DNA of 64,000 nt. Source: Bacillales bacterium UBA7278. Its GTDB lineage: Bacteria; Bacillota_I; Bacilli_A; RFN20; CAG-826. The stretch covers positions 140,279-204,278 of the forward strand of contig DKRQ01000019.1 of the NCBI GenBank assembly GCA_002472275.1, in the 5' to 3' direction. The notes under the pieces were generated by a model, which saw only the letters and a program-made list of their open reading frames with translations, ran no database searches and was not told the origin of the DNA. Position 1 is the stretch's first letter. Every line of letters starts with the position of its first letter. This document shows, piece after piece, positions 41,736-50,696 of this stretch. A program made the position numbers and the translations under genes.

Positions 41736-43279
41736 AGAACCACCCCGTTTAAAAGATCGTTCAGTAAGCTGAAATTTGACGGATTGACGGCGGAAAGGTA
41801 ATTATAGGAACCGGATTGATCGTTTTTGCTTCCAGAAACAATCCCTTGGGCATAATATGAGCCGCTATCAGCGATAACAGAAGGGGCTCCCGATTGCCCG
41901 GCGGTGAAATCGACATGGCACCGGAAGGCTCCGTTGTAACTGTAGAGGGTGCCTGAGGACACAACATTCTTATAAGAACCCGGATTCCTATCCTCTTCCC
42001 GTTCATCCGGAAGGCCCTTATTGCTTGGGCTGTCGGTACTGTAGTAGGCGGGGAAACCCAAAATCGAATTGTTTGTTGAATTGGTCGACGTGTTGTAGGA
42101 CAACCCTAAATAGCCGTGGCTATAATTCGAGGGGGAAGAGGAATTGGCCACTCGCAATATCCCCCAATCATAAGCCCGTTCGTGATAAAGGTAGTATCGA
42201 TAAGGAAAATAGCCCGTAAGAGCAGTGTCCGTATATCGATGGGTGGATTGAGTCCCAACCCGAACGGTCATTCCTTTTAGGAACAAGCCGTTTTCATGGT
42301 TATACAGACCGTGCCCAGCAGTGAATATGTATTCGTTATCCACGAAAAAGCCAGAACCTCTTGCGAGGTTATTTGAGTTGCCATCAAAATTCGCAAGAGT
42401 TTGGACAACGGCGCTCGCAGGATAGGAATCGTGTGCGTTCAAAAACATTCTGTCGTCGTCGTTCGTGCTTGATGCGGGGTTCCCGTTGCTATCATAGATT
42501 CCGCCAAGCGGAGGGAATTCCTCGACTGCAGCTCCGTAGTAATAAATCCCCTCTGATATTTGCGAGCGAACATAGCCCGAACCCGTAAGACTAGTTGGCA
42601 GATTGACGCCGTTTTCCGATGAAACAAGCCCGCTTTTGGTTCCGCTTGTTGGGGCGTTCGAATAATCTTCTTGCACAATCGAGAGGGCTGTCACGCCACT
42701 GCTGGTGTATCTTTCCCGGATATAGTAATAGTCAGCATCTACGCTGGCGATCGTGGTGCGCAAGCACGCGAAGGAGTAATTGCCTGTGCCCGTTCCGGAA
42801 AAAACGAAACAATAGTTGGCCGATGTGGGGAAAAAGATCCTCTCGGTGGGGGCGGTTGTCTCTGGGTAGAAGCAATCCCACGTTCCACCAGTGTTTTGGC
42901 GGAAAACCGATACTTTAATAGATACAGAAGAAAAGAAGAAAAGCGCGGTTTGGCCCGCGGTCATCCAGCAAGAAAAGTAATCGTGGTCACCGGAAAACTG
43001 GAACCTCCTAGCGATATAAGTGCTGAAATACATGGGTTCAGCATCCGAAAAGCCGGTCGACTCGTCAGGATCTTCCAGGCCTTTTCCACCTCCCTCGTCT
43101 TCCTCTATGCAGGAGGCAGAGGAACCATCGGGCTCTGTCTCGTGACCTTCCTTGGCTAGCGAGTAAAAGTCGGCCGAAATCGAGGCGGCGTCCTCTGTGG
43201 GGCAAAGATTCCCCTGGGAAGAAAAAAGACCCTGAGACAGTAAAACGGCAAAACCGGAAACTATGATAGGAATTTTCAT
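41732..43279 (-). CDS. Secreted trypsin-fold serine protease (S1B/glutamyl-endopeptidase-like)
   Basis: RBS aggagg before ATG 43279 (MKIPIIVSGFAVLLSQG signal peptide). Catalytic triad contexts TAGHGL, DWGILRV, TAGQSGAPS. The listed ORF start at 43447 is rejected. Confidence 0.7.
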   Translation of the reverse strand: MKIPIIVSGFAVLLSQGLFSSQGNLCPTEDAASISADFYSLAKEGHETEPDGSSASCIEEDEGGGKGLEDPDESTGFSDAEPMYFSTYIARRFQFSGDHDYFSCWMTAGQTALFFFSSVSIKVSVFRQNTGGTWDCFYPETTAPTERIFFPTSANYCFVFSGTGTGNYSFACLRTTIASVDADYYYIRERYTSSGVTALSIVQEDYSNAPTSGTKSGLVSSENGVNLPTSLTGSGYVRSQISEGIYYYGAAVEEFPPLGGIYDSNGNPASSTNDDDRMFLNAHDSYPASAVVQTLANFDGNSNNLARGSGFFVDNEYIFTAGHGLYNHENGLFLKGMTVRVGTQSTHRYTDTALTGYFPYRYYLYHERAYDWGILRVANSSSPSNYSHGYLGLSYNTSTNSTNNSILGFPAYYSTDSPSNKGLPDEREEDRNPGSYKNVVSSGTLYSYNGAFRCHVDFTAGQSGAPSVIADSGSYYAQGIVSGSKNDQSGSYNYLSAVNPSNFSLLNDLLNGVVL

Positions 43280-43611
43280 GGGTGTTCCTCCTGCCTGATA
43301 TTTAGCACGCTTTTGAAAAAAAACAAGAAAATGGGCGTGAATCACATGTGAATGGGGAAAAGCAGACAAGATGCCCGGTCGATTGCGAGCCAAAAGTTTA
43401 ATCCATATCGTCCCTAGACAAACTTCCGGCCGCCTTACCAACTTCAATCGACGGTTCGCCTTAAGGATTGTCTTTTTAACTATTTATAAGGTTTTAGATA
43501 GTTTTACAGACACTACGGGTGTGAAGCCCCATAATCTAACCGACAAAAATGTAGAATTCTACAAAAAAAGAGATTAGAAAACCCTTACGACTCTCTTTTG
43601 ACTTGTGTGGG

Positions 43612-44490
43612 CTATTCTCCCTTCACGGGGTCGAGTTCGTATTTGCCGTCCTTTTCGTTACCGTCGCATAGGCAGGGGAAGAACGCCTCTTTGCCGTCTA
43701 TTTCCCTGAAGGTGGCCTTACGGCCCATAGAAACGTCCTCTAAGACGATTTCTTTGTTTACCCCGAAGAAGATGTGGCAATGGGTGACCATGAGCAAAGC
43801 AGGGGGGTTAGGCTGGCTCATGAGGTCCTTGATTTCGTTATTGAGGATTTTCTTGTTGTTCTTATCGAGGTTATTCAAGGGTTCATCCATCAGGATGAGA
43901 CGGCTGCCTAGGATCCTGGCCTGGAGGATGGCCGTGACGATTTGGCACATCTTGCGTTGGCCGCCAGAGCAAGAATAGATGGAACGGAGGTGGGGGTTAG
44001 TGAAGAAGCCGTTTCCTTTCCTCTCATCGAAGAGGCCGATTTTCCTGAAATGGGCCAAATAGTCCTCGACCGCCTTGCGGCATTCCTTCTTTTTCTCCTT
44101 CTTCTCGGAATAACTCATCTTCTGGTTATATTCGATCGTGAGCTTTAGATTTTGGTAGATCGCCGAGAAGATGGAGGAGGTAGGCAGGAAATCGTCTTCC
44201 TGAGGGACGTAGGCGATGGAGTTGCGTAGATGGGCGAGTTCTCTATCGGAGAAGCTATTCATGGCCTTTTCGCCGAAAAGGAAGGGGAATTGCACCTTTC
44301 CCTTGGTGGCTTTGACCGAGACGTCTTTGCCTACGAGCATCTTGAGGAAGGAACTTTTGCCATAGCCGTTCCTGCCCTTGATGAGGACGAAGTCGCCTCC
44401 TCTGATTTGCAGATCGTCGAAATCCACGGGTGTCCCGTGCACGTCGATCGTCGCCTTTTGGGTTTGAAGCAATATCTCTTCCATGGTCAT
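43612..44490 (-). CDS. ABC transporter ATP-binding protein
   Basis: Walker A GRNGYGKSS, Q-loop YVPQED, signature CSGGQRKM, Walker B LILMDEPL, H-loop MVTHC. ATGA overlap with the upstream permease gene. Confidence 0.85.
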   Translation of the reverse strand: MTMEEILLQTQKATIDVHGTPVDFDDLQIRGGDFVLIKGRNGYGKSSFLKMLVGKDVSVKATKGKVQFPFLFGEKAMNSFSDRELAHLRNSIAYVPQEDDFLPTSSIFSAIYQNLKLTIEYNQKMSYSEKKEKKKECRKAVEDYLAHFRKIGLFDERKGNGFFTNPHLRSIYSCSGGQRKMCQIVTAILQARILGSRLILMDEPLNNLDKNNKKILNNEIKDLMSQPNPPALLMVTHCHIFFGVNKEIVLEDVSMGRKATFREIDGKEAFFPCLCDGNEKDGKYELDPVKGE

Positions 44491-45449
44491 TTCCTCCACG
44501 TCAAAACGGATGATTGCAGATAAATGGACACTAGTAGCGATAACCCCATCGCTAGAAGCATCGACGCTCCCGCGAGGGGATAGGTTAGGTTCATGAGGAA
44601 GAAGATGAGGACGATGAGGAACGGGGGCAAGAAGCGGTAGAGGCCCTTTTCCAGTAGGAAACGGTAGAAGACGCCCCACCTGGAGGAACCGCTTGTTATG
44701 AGCTGCCTCTTTTTCCTTTGGTCGTCTTTTAGGAAGACGAGCCCCACGGCGATGGGGGCGAGGAGGCACACGAGCACCCCGGCCGCAAAGCGGGGCCATG
44801 ATTCTTGGGCCGCTTTTTCGATTTCGACGTTTTTGAGGCGGATATTGCCCTCGATCTGCATGGGGCCGAAGGTGCCAAATTTCTTGGAGAAGCTAACGTA
44901 TCTAGGCTTCACGGAGCGGAGATATTCCTCCATATGCGCGTTGTGCCCGAGCAAGACGATGCCGTAATGCTCATGCTCAAAACCCTTCATCGCGGGGAGT
45001 TCCCCGACGATTTTGAAGGTTCCGTCGTCTTTGTCGTTGGTGAGTAAGGTGTCGCCAACTTTGAGTCTTCTCATCCCCATGACGTTTTTACTCACCATGG
45101 CTTCGCCCGGATTAAGCGAATTCATCGCGGAGACGTAGAAGGGCAACACCTCGGTATAGGTGAATCCAGGGAGCACCATGAGGATATCGGAGGAAAGAGA
45201 GTATTTGCCCGTCTTAACGATGCTTACTCCTGCAAAGTCCGCGAAGGCGTCTTTCTTCTCACCCGTAGAGGGATTTTCATAAGGCAAATCGGCGTAGACC
45301 TTCTCCTGGAATTCGCATTTGCGGAGGACGCTATATTGGTTAAGCGAAGCCGAAACGGGGCCAAAGGAATAAAGACAGAAAACCAATACCCCGAGCATGA
45401 TCAAAAGGGAGGGAAGGTAATCGTGGATGAACTTCCGGAAGAAGAGCAT
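44487..45449 (-). CDS. MacB/FtsX-type ABC permease-like membrane protein
   Basis: N-terminal TM helix, ~190-aa extracytoplasmic domain (GEAMVSKNVMGMRRLKVGDTLL as in MacB periplasmic domains), three C-terminal TM helices. Confidence 0.55.
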   Translation of the reverse strand: MLFFRKFIHDYLPSLLIMLGVLVFCLYSFGPVSASLNQYSVLRKCEFQEKVYADLPYENPSTGEKKDAFADFAGVSIVKTGKYSLSSDILMVLPGFTYTEVLPFYVSAMNSLNPGEAMVSKNVMGMRRLKVGDTLLTNDKDDGTFKIVGELPAMKGFEHEHYGIVLLGHNAHMEEYLRSVKPRYVSFSKKFGTFGPMQIEGNIRLKNVEIEKAAQESWPRFAAGVLVCLLAPIAVGLVFLKDDQRKKRQLITSGSSRWGVFYRFLLEKGLYRFLPPFLIVLIFFLMNLTYPLAGASMLLAMGLSLLVSIYLQSSVLTWRK

Positions 45450-46687
45450 TATTCCTCCGGTTTTTCGACGTTGAGGGGTTCTTCGGCAGGGATTTCCTGG
45501 GTCTCGGGGGCTAACTCGCGCCTACCATAGACGAGGTTACTATAGACCATGCCGATGGGGAGCGCGATCGCCAGTGCGGCGAGGACGGGCAGGCTATAGA
45601 TCAGGAGCGAATCCACGAAGATATGGCCGCGGATCGCGGAGTAGATAAGCGTGCCTCCAAGGGAGACCACAAGGGCCGCTCCGACGGCGATCAAATCGAA
45701 AATAATGATGGTTTTGCGGAGAATTTCTTTGGTTTTGCCGTTTGTTTTCTCGGCTTCATCGCGGTTACGGCCAAGGAAATCAAAGGCGATTAAGCCGCCC
45801 GCTAGTCCTAACGGAACGAGGATGGAGAAGAGCATCGTGAGCTGGAAGCCACGGTCTTTGCGGGTGGATACGGTGTCCTCGGCGCCTTGCATGTAAACGG
45901 CCTTGGCTTGCACCGCGTTGACGAAATCCTGCTTAAGCCAATTGGTCTTCATGGCTTCGTAGCCAGCCTGCAGTTTGGCTTCCCATTCTTCGTCGGTGTA
46001 TTCACCGGGTTGGCGTTGCGCGTCCCATCCCGCTTTATATTCCTCATAGGTCATGAGCTGGCCCATCGGCTTATAGCCTTCCAGCATCTGGGTGCATTTG
46101 GTGATATCCTTCGCGGCGATGAAGGCCAATTCGTAGGTCTTGGGTCCTTTGCCTTCGCCCCAAGACGCCGCCATCGCGGGGGTAAATTTGGCCATGGCGA
46201 TGCCGGTGGCCATCGTCTGGTAGTTGACCGCGGAATAGATGACGGAGACGGGCAAGGTGAATTTGGAGGCGCCTAAGGTGAAGGAAACCTGCGTGCCAAC
46301 TTGGGCCCCGATTTTCTGGGCGGCCACTTCATCTAGCATCAGGCCATTTTCCTTGTAGTCGCCCTTAACGACGCGCTTAGGGTTGAAGAAGGAGATGTCA
46401 TAGTCCGCCATTTGGTCGGAGAGGAGCAGGTGGATTTTGGCTGATGTGCCAGCCGCCACGGAGATTTCGTAATGATAGGTGGGGAAAAGCCCGCTGACCG
46501 CTTCCGTATTGGCCTTAAAGGTCGTCAGCTGGTCGTTAGAAGGCTGAGTGATGATGTAATCGAAGGTCGACTTGGTGAAAGTGGAGGTCGCTTGATCGAT
46601 GGCGATATTCGTCTCGACCGACATGGCTCCACCGACAAGAAGCAAAGCACCTGCGACGATGCCGAGTGCGATTTTGGCAAGTTTCAT
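45449..46687 (-). CDS. MacB/FtsX-type ABC permease-like membrane protein (second copy)
   Basis: Same topology: TM1, ~270-aa external domain, three C-terminal TM helices. One-base overlap with the next gene. Confidence 0.5.
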   Translation of the reverse strand: MKLAKIALGIVAGALLLVGGAMSVETNIAIDQATSTFTKSTFDYIITQPSNDQLTTFKANTEAVSGLFPTYHYEISVAAGTSAKIHLLLSDQMADYDISFFNPKRVVKGDYKENGLMLDEVAAQKIGAQVGTQVSFTLGASKFTLPVSVIYSAVNYQTMATGIAMAKFTPAMAASWGEGKGPKTYELAFIAAKDITKCTQMLEGYKPMGQLMTYEEYKAGWDAQRQPGEYTDEEWEAKLQAGYEAMKTNWLKQDFVNAVQAKAVYMQGAEDTVSTRKDRGFQLTMLFSILVPLGLAGGLIAFDFLGRNRDEAEKTNGKTKEILRKTIIIFDLIAVGAALVVSLGGTLIYSAIRGHIFVDSLLIYSLPVLAALAIALPIGMVYSNLVYGRRELAPETQEIPAEEPLNVEKPEE

Positions 46688-46702
46688 ATCTATTCCCCCC
46701 GA

Positions 46703-47608
46703 TTAGATGGTCACTAGGACGGCGTTGGAATTCCCAGAATCCGTGAAGCCCGCCTTTTTGGAGCAAGCGGAAACGGTCACGGAATAGGGGCCGCCGTAGT
46801 AGTTGCGTTTTTCAAATTCTAGGGTGGAAATGGAGCACTCGTCATCCACGAGGGTTCCTTCTTCGGGGACGAACTGATATTCGGTGCCGTCGAGGTTCTT
46901 CATGGGAGCGCCGTCGATGTTGACTTTGTAGTAATCGGCGCCTTTGACGTGCTTCCAAGCGAGTTTGTTCTCGAAGCTGACCGTGGGCTTGAGGATGTTG
47001 TATTTGTCGACGATCATCGGGATGGTGCATCCGGAAGCGCCCGAGCCGATGACCTCGACTCCGGATTGGTCTTCGGGATAGAAATTCATCTTCATCGTGG
47101 ACTGACCGACGACGGAGGGAGTGATTTTGAAGACGATGCGTTGGGATTCCGTGACATCCGGTTCCGCGGGCACGCGGAAAGCCTGCTCGATCTTGTTCAT
47201 CTGCTTATTGGTGACGGGGTCGCGGTAGGGAATTGGGGTGCCGTCGGTGCCAGAGTCGGACTTCATCAAGAAGGCATCGAAGATCGTGATGGCCTCGAAT
47301 TCGAGAGCGGCTTTCAAAAGGAGATGGCCGCTGGTTTCGGCGCGGGAATAGTAGTCGAACTCGTAGACCAAATAGTATTGGTCAGCGATGCAAAGGCTCG
47401 CCAAATCGGCGTATTTGCTGTAATCGACAACTTCGTTAGGCTTTCCGGTGGAGACGATGAAACCGCGTTTGATCTTAGTCACGTTGACGGTGGTGGTCAG
47501 CTCGATGGAACGGGTGCCGGTGGAGAGTCCGCCGATATGGCTAGATTCACCTCCACAGGAGGCGAGACAGGCGACGATGGCCGGAATCAGAATGAGTTTC
47601 TTCTTCAT
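46703..47608 (-). CDS. Lipoprotein with a C-terminal FN3/Ig-like module
   Basis: Lipobox ACLASCGG. PTVSFENKLAWKHVKGADYYKVNIDGA resembles the repeats of the upstream 621-aa protein. Confidence 0.55.
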   Translation of the reverse strand: MKKKLILIPAIVACLASCGGESSHIGGLSTGTRSIELTTTVNVTKIKRGFIVSTGKPNEVVDYSKYADLASLCIADQYYLVYEFDYYSRAETSGHLLLKAALEFEAITIFDAFLMKSDSGTDGTPIPYRDPVTNKQMNKIEQAFRVPAEPDVTESQRIVFKITPSVVGQSTMKMNFYPEDQSGVEVIGSGASGCTIPMIVDKYNILKPTVSFENKLAWKHVKGADYYKVNIDGAPMKNLDGTEYQFVPEEGTLVDDECSISTLEFEKRNYYGGPYSVTVSACSKKAGFTDSGNSNAVLVTI

Positions 47609-47620
47609 AAAGATTGCTCC

Positions 47621-49486
47621 TTAGTAGTCTAACCCTAGGGTTTCGTAGGTCCTTTCGAAGACTTTGATGGTGGATTCGGGGTCGGTTGAATAAGTGACCT
47701 CTTCGATCGTGAATTCGATGCGATTCGCTTCACGGAAGGTTAGCGGGCGTAGGCCTGGAGTAACCCCATCGCGATAAACTGTCCAGTCGGCGTAGGTTTG
47801 TGTATTCACGTGATCGGAGTAAATCCATTTGACCTCGACCTTGGCGTTGATGTTCCTGTTCACGCCAGGAATGGAGTGATGGAGGACAAAATGGGCGAGT
47901 TTTTGGCCGCTTTCCTTGTCAATTGAGGTGCTCGGTTCATCCCAAGAAATGTTCGGAATGAGGAAGGTGACACGGTTAGAATCCGCGGAACGGAGAATGT
48001 CGTTGCCATTGCCGAGGTTGACGGTCCTCACCGCGTATTGGCCCGCGGCGAATCCATTGAGAGTAGTCTCGGAAAGATCCGTCAAATCCGTCCTCTTTTG
48101 GTCGTTAATGTAAATCGTGAAAGAAGAAGGATCGGCATTATCGAACGTGAAACTCTTGCCATCAAAGGAGATGGTGGGAGCACCGAGTTTGGTGAGTGTT
48201 ACCTCGTTGGAGAACTCCGAGGAAATCTGATTGGTGTTGCCAACGGCCTTGGCGGTAACCTTGTGGGCACCGACCGCGGTGATACCGTTAAGATTGGCGT
48301 CCCATTCGGCTCCGTCTAGATAGTATTGGACCGAATTCTCGCTGCTGACGTTGCTCGCATGGAGGACTCCTTCGGAAATGGAGATGAGGGGGCTATCGAG
48401 TTTGGTCAAAACCAAAGGCGCGGACATCGCGGAATCGATTTCTCCCGCGTTTCTCGCCGCGTTTTTGGCGGTGATGCTGTAGCTGCCGACTTCGGTGATG
48501 GTCTTCACGTCGCCGGTGAACTCAACGCCATCGCGATACCATATGAGGTTTTCGCCATCCGCGGCGGTGAGCGCTCCATTGACCAAGGAAAGCTTGGGAG
48601 TGGGCATCCTGCGGATTTCGGCTTCCACGGGGGTGGCGTAATCGACTTCGGCGTTAGGCCCAATGGTGCGGATGGAAATGTTATAGACGCCAGGGTTAGT
48701 GGTGTCGAAGGCGATTTCGGGTGCGGTCGGGGAGAATGTGGAGCCGTTGATGCGGACATCATATCCAGAAGCATCGGTCGCGGCGGTCCATTTGAATTTG
48801 CCGTCGGTGGCGTCGTAATGGATGTCGGAGACGCCCGGCATCTTCCTTAGTTTCACCGCGGCGGATTCGTCGCTGGGGGAGTAGGCGGAGACGCCGTTGC
48901 TGCCCTTTTTGTCGCTTCCCGCGATGACGTAGGTCTCGAATTGGCTGAAGAAGGCGATCGAGTTGAAATCGTAGGTGGTGGTTTCGGTGTTGTAGTTGGT
49001 GATGGCCGCCTTGGTCTCGGGGTTGCGGAGATAAACGGTGTAGAAAGTGGCATTCTCGATGGGCTCCCAGTTCAAAACGCCGGTAGTGAAGTTGAATTTG
49101 GGGGCAGGGGTGAGGAGTTTTTTCGGGGAAGTGGTGACCTTGATGACCTTTTTGAAGTTCAAATAAGTCAAGGTGACCTCTTGGGTGCCGACGTAAAGCG
49201 GGTCATAACCCGTCACGGTGAACTTGTCGCCGGAAATCCATTGTCCGACGGAATCGAAGGCGTTGCCGACGTGAATTTTGGCGTTGGATAAATCCAAGGT
49301 GCCGCCATAGACGATGGGGTATTCTTCCTGGAGTTCTTTGACTTCGGTGACCACGTTGGTTCCCATGTTGATAAGAACGGGGGCGGTGGCGCCACCGGCG
49401 ACGCCCAAAGCAACGAGGGCGACGCTGCCGATCATGATGGATTGGGCCAGTTTGAGCCTGGCCACTGCGCGAAGCATGTGTGCCAT
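47621..49486 (-). CDS. Membrane-anchored surface protein with multiple FN3/Ig-like repeats
   Basis: N-terminal TM anchor (IMIGSVALVALGVAGG). Repeats such as PAPKFNFTTGVLNWEPIENATFYTVYL and VSDIHYDATDGKFKWTAATDASGYDVRI. Confidence 0.55.
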   Translation of the reverse strand: MAHMLRAVARLKLAQSIMIGSVALVALGVAGGATAPVLINMGTNVVTEVKELQEEYPIVYGGTLDLSNAKIHVGNAFDSVGQWISGDKFTVTGYDPLYVGTQEVTLTYLNFKKVIKVTTSPKKLLTPAPKFNFTTGVLNWEPIENATFYTVYLRNPETKAAITNYNTETTTYDFNSIAFFSQFETYVIAGSDKKGSNGVSAYSPSDESAAVKLRKMPGVSDIHYDATDGKFKWTAATDASGYDVRINGSTFSPTAPEIAFDTTNPGVYNISIRTIGPNAEVDYATPVEAEIRRMPTPKLSLVNGALTAADGENLIWYRDGVEFTGDVKTITEVGSYSITAKNAARNAGEIDSAMSAPLVLTKLDSPLISISEGVLHASNVSSENSVQYYLDGAEWDANLNGITAVGAHKVTAKAVGNTNQISSEFSNEVTLTKLGAPTISFDGKSFTFDNADPSSFTIYINDQKRTDLTDLSETTLNGFAAGQYAVRTVNLGNGNDILRSADSNRVTFLIPNISWDEPSTSIDKESGQKLAHFVLHHSIPGVNRNINAKVEVKWIYSDHVNTQTYADWTVYRDGVTPGLRPLTFREANRIEFTIEEVTYSTDPESTIKVFERTYETLGLDY

Positions 49487-50319
49487 TATTTCTGACTCCT
49501 TTCCAGGCGTTTGCTAAAGCCCTTATAGGCTTTGTTGAGAACCTTGATGTGCTTGCGTTTCCTGCGGCTGAAGATGAGGGTCTTCAGGGGATAGACGCTC
49601 GTGACGAAATCCTCGTCGTTGAGGGTGTCGTTGATGAAGGCGACGTAGAACTTCAATTGTTCATCGGTCTTCGCGGTCTTCATGAGGAATTCGGCAAATT
49701 CATAGAAGGCCACTTCGTCATAGTTGCCGAACTTGTCGGAAAGGGATTGCTTGATCTTCGAAACGGAAAGCAAGGTGGTTAGGTCGCCGCCTTTTCCGGA
49801 AACGGAGAAATAGTTCTGATAAAGCTGGCCCCAGAAATGGGGATTGATGGCGTCGCATTCCTTGATGTCCGCCACGATTTGGGCAACGGTGTCGAAGTCG
49901 CCGAAAAGCGAACGGCAGAAGACGACGCGGAGGACGACCTCGGCCAAGCGGTTCCAGGTTTTGCCTTTGTTCGGATATGCGCCGAGTTCACCGGCAAGAC
50001 CTTGAATCTCGATCTTGATGGTGCTCGCGGATTGCTGATCGATGGATTGGATTTCGGCTTCCAGGTTGACCGGGAATGCCTTATTGAGTTCGTTGGCGGC
50101 CTCTAATAGATCTTGATCGGTGCCGGCATTTTTGACGGCCTTATGGATGGCTTTCCATTGGTCCTCACTAGGCAAAACGATGAGGGAACTTTCGTCCTCA
50201 CCTTGGCTTAGCACAATGCTTCCGCAGAACTTGCACTTATAGCGGCCGAGCGACTCTTTGACCAAGCCAGAGCTCTCGCCGCAATGGGGGCATTTGAGCG
50301 CCTGAAGTTCGATTGCCAT
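49486..50319 (-). CDS. Cytoplasmic zinc-ribbon protein, first gene of the divergent operon
   Basis: RBS aggagg before ATG 50319. MAIELQALKCPHCGESSGLVKESLGRYKCKFCGS (CxxC-x15-CxxC). The rest is helical with no recognised domain. Confidence 0.5.
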   Translation of the reverse strand: MAIELQALKCPHCGESSGLVKESLGRYKCKFCGSIVLSQGEDESSLIVLPSEDQWKAIHKAVKNAGTDQDLLEAANELNKAFPVNLEAEIQSIDQQSASTIKIEIQGLAGELGAYPNKGKTWNRLAEVVLRVVFCRSLFGDFDTVAQIVADIKECDAINPHFWGQLYQNYFSVSGKGGDLTTLLSVSKIKQSLSDKFGNYDEVAFYEFAEFLMKTAKTDEQLKFYVAFINDTLNDEDFVTSVYPLKTLIFSRRKRKHIKVLNKAYKGFSKRLERSQK

Positions 50320-50552
50320 GCTCTTCCTCCTTGGGTAGTGGCAGGGGGAGTGAGTGCTCAAAACACTATTTTCCCCCGTTCCTATGGAACATCTTATTAC
50401 ACGAGACTCTTTTATTCTATAAAAAAATACCCAGTTCCAATTCGAATGCGGAAACCATACATTTTTGCAAAGATTTTTCACATTTTTGAGGTGTGAGGAA
50501 TCTCACAAAAACCCTGCAAAAACCCCATATTTTTTGGAACTAAAACCCATAA

Positions 50553-50591
50553 TTAGCGCATTTTTAGCGCTGTCTTAGCGCTTCTTTAGCG
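50553..50591. promoter_or_regulatory. Four direct TTAGCG repeats at exact 11-bp spacing (putative transcription-factor array)
   Basis: TTAGCG occurs at 50553, 50564, 50575 and 50586 (aTTAGCGCatt tTTAGCGCtgt cTTAGCGCttc tTTAGCGGatg), in the 377-bp divergent intergenic region. Confidence 0.6.
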
Positions 50592-50640
50592 GATGCCCAA
50601 AGGGCAGGAAACGAAAAAATCTCGATATATGGAAACCGCA

Positions 50641-50649
50641 TGTTATAAT
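50641..50649 (+). promoter_or_regulatory. Extended -10 promoter element (TGtTATAAT) for the ESCRT-III/Vps4-like operon
   Basis: TG-n-TATAAT lies 48 nt upstream of ATG 50697. RBS aaggggga at 50681-50688. Confidence 0.6.
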
Positions 50650-50696
50650 TGCCTAAACTTCGCCTTTAAGGCGCCATACGAAGGGGGACAAAAATC

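Noticed and set aside
43280-44799. Upstream extensions of the protease ORF (to 43447) and the ABC ATPase ORF (to 44799).
   Set aside because: Internal ATGs at 43279 and 44490 have a strong RBS or ATGA coupling and give a proper signal peptide and Walker-A spacing. The extensions overlap intergenic DNA or the upstream permease gene in another frame.
50320-50481. 54-aa N-terminal extension of the zinc-ribbon protein ORF.
   Set aside because: The extension runs through AT-rich promoter-like DNA. ATG 50319 is preceded by AGGAGG and starts directly at the zinc ribbon.
50447-50643. The shared GGAAACC heptamer with swapped flanks (atgcGGAAACCatacat at ~50447-50463 and atatGGAAACCgcatgt at ~50627-50643) in the divergent control region.
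   Set aside because: Only 7 nt are shared and there is no clear symmetry or spacing. This could easily be chance in a 377-bp region, and it was not pursued beyond this note.
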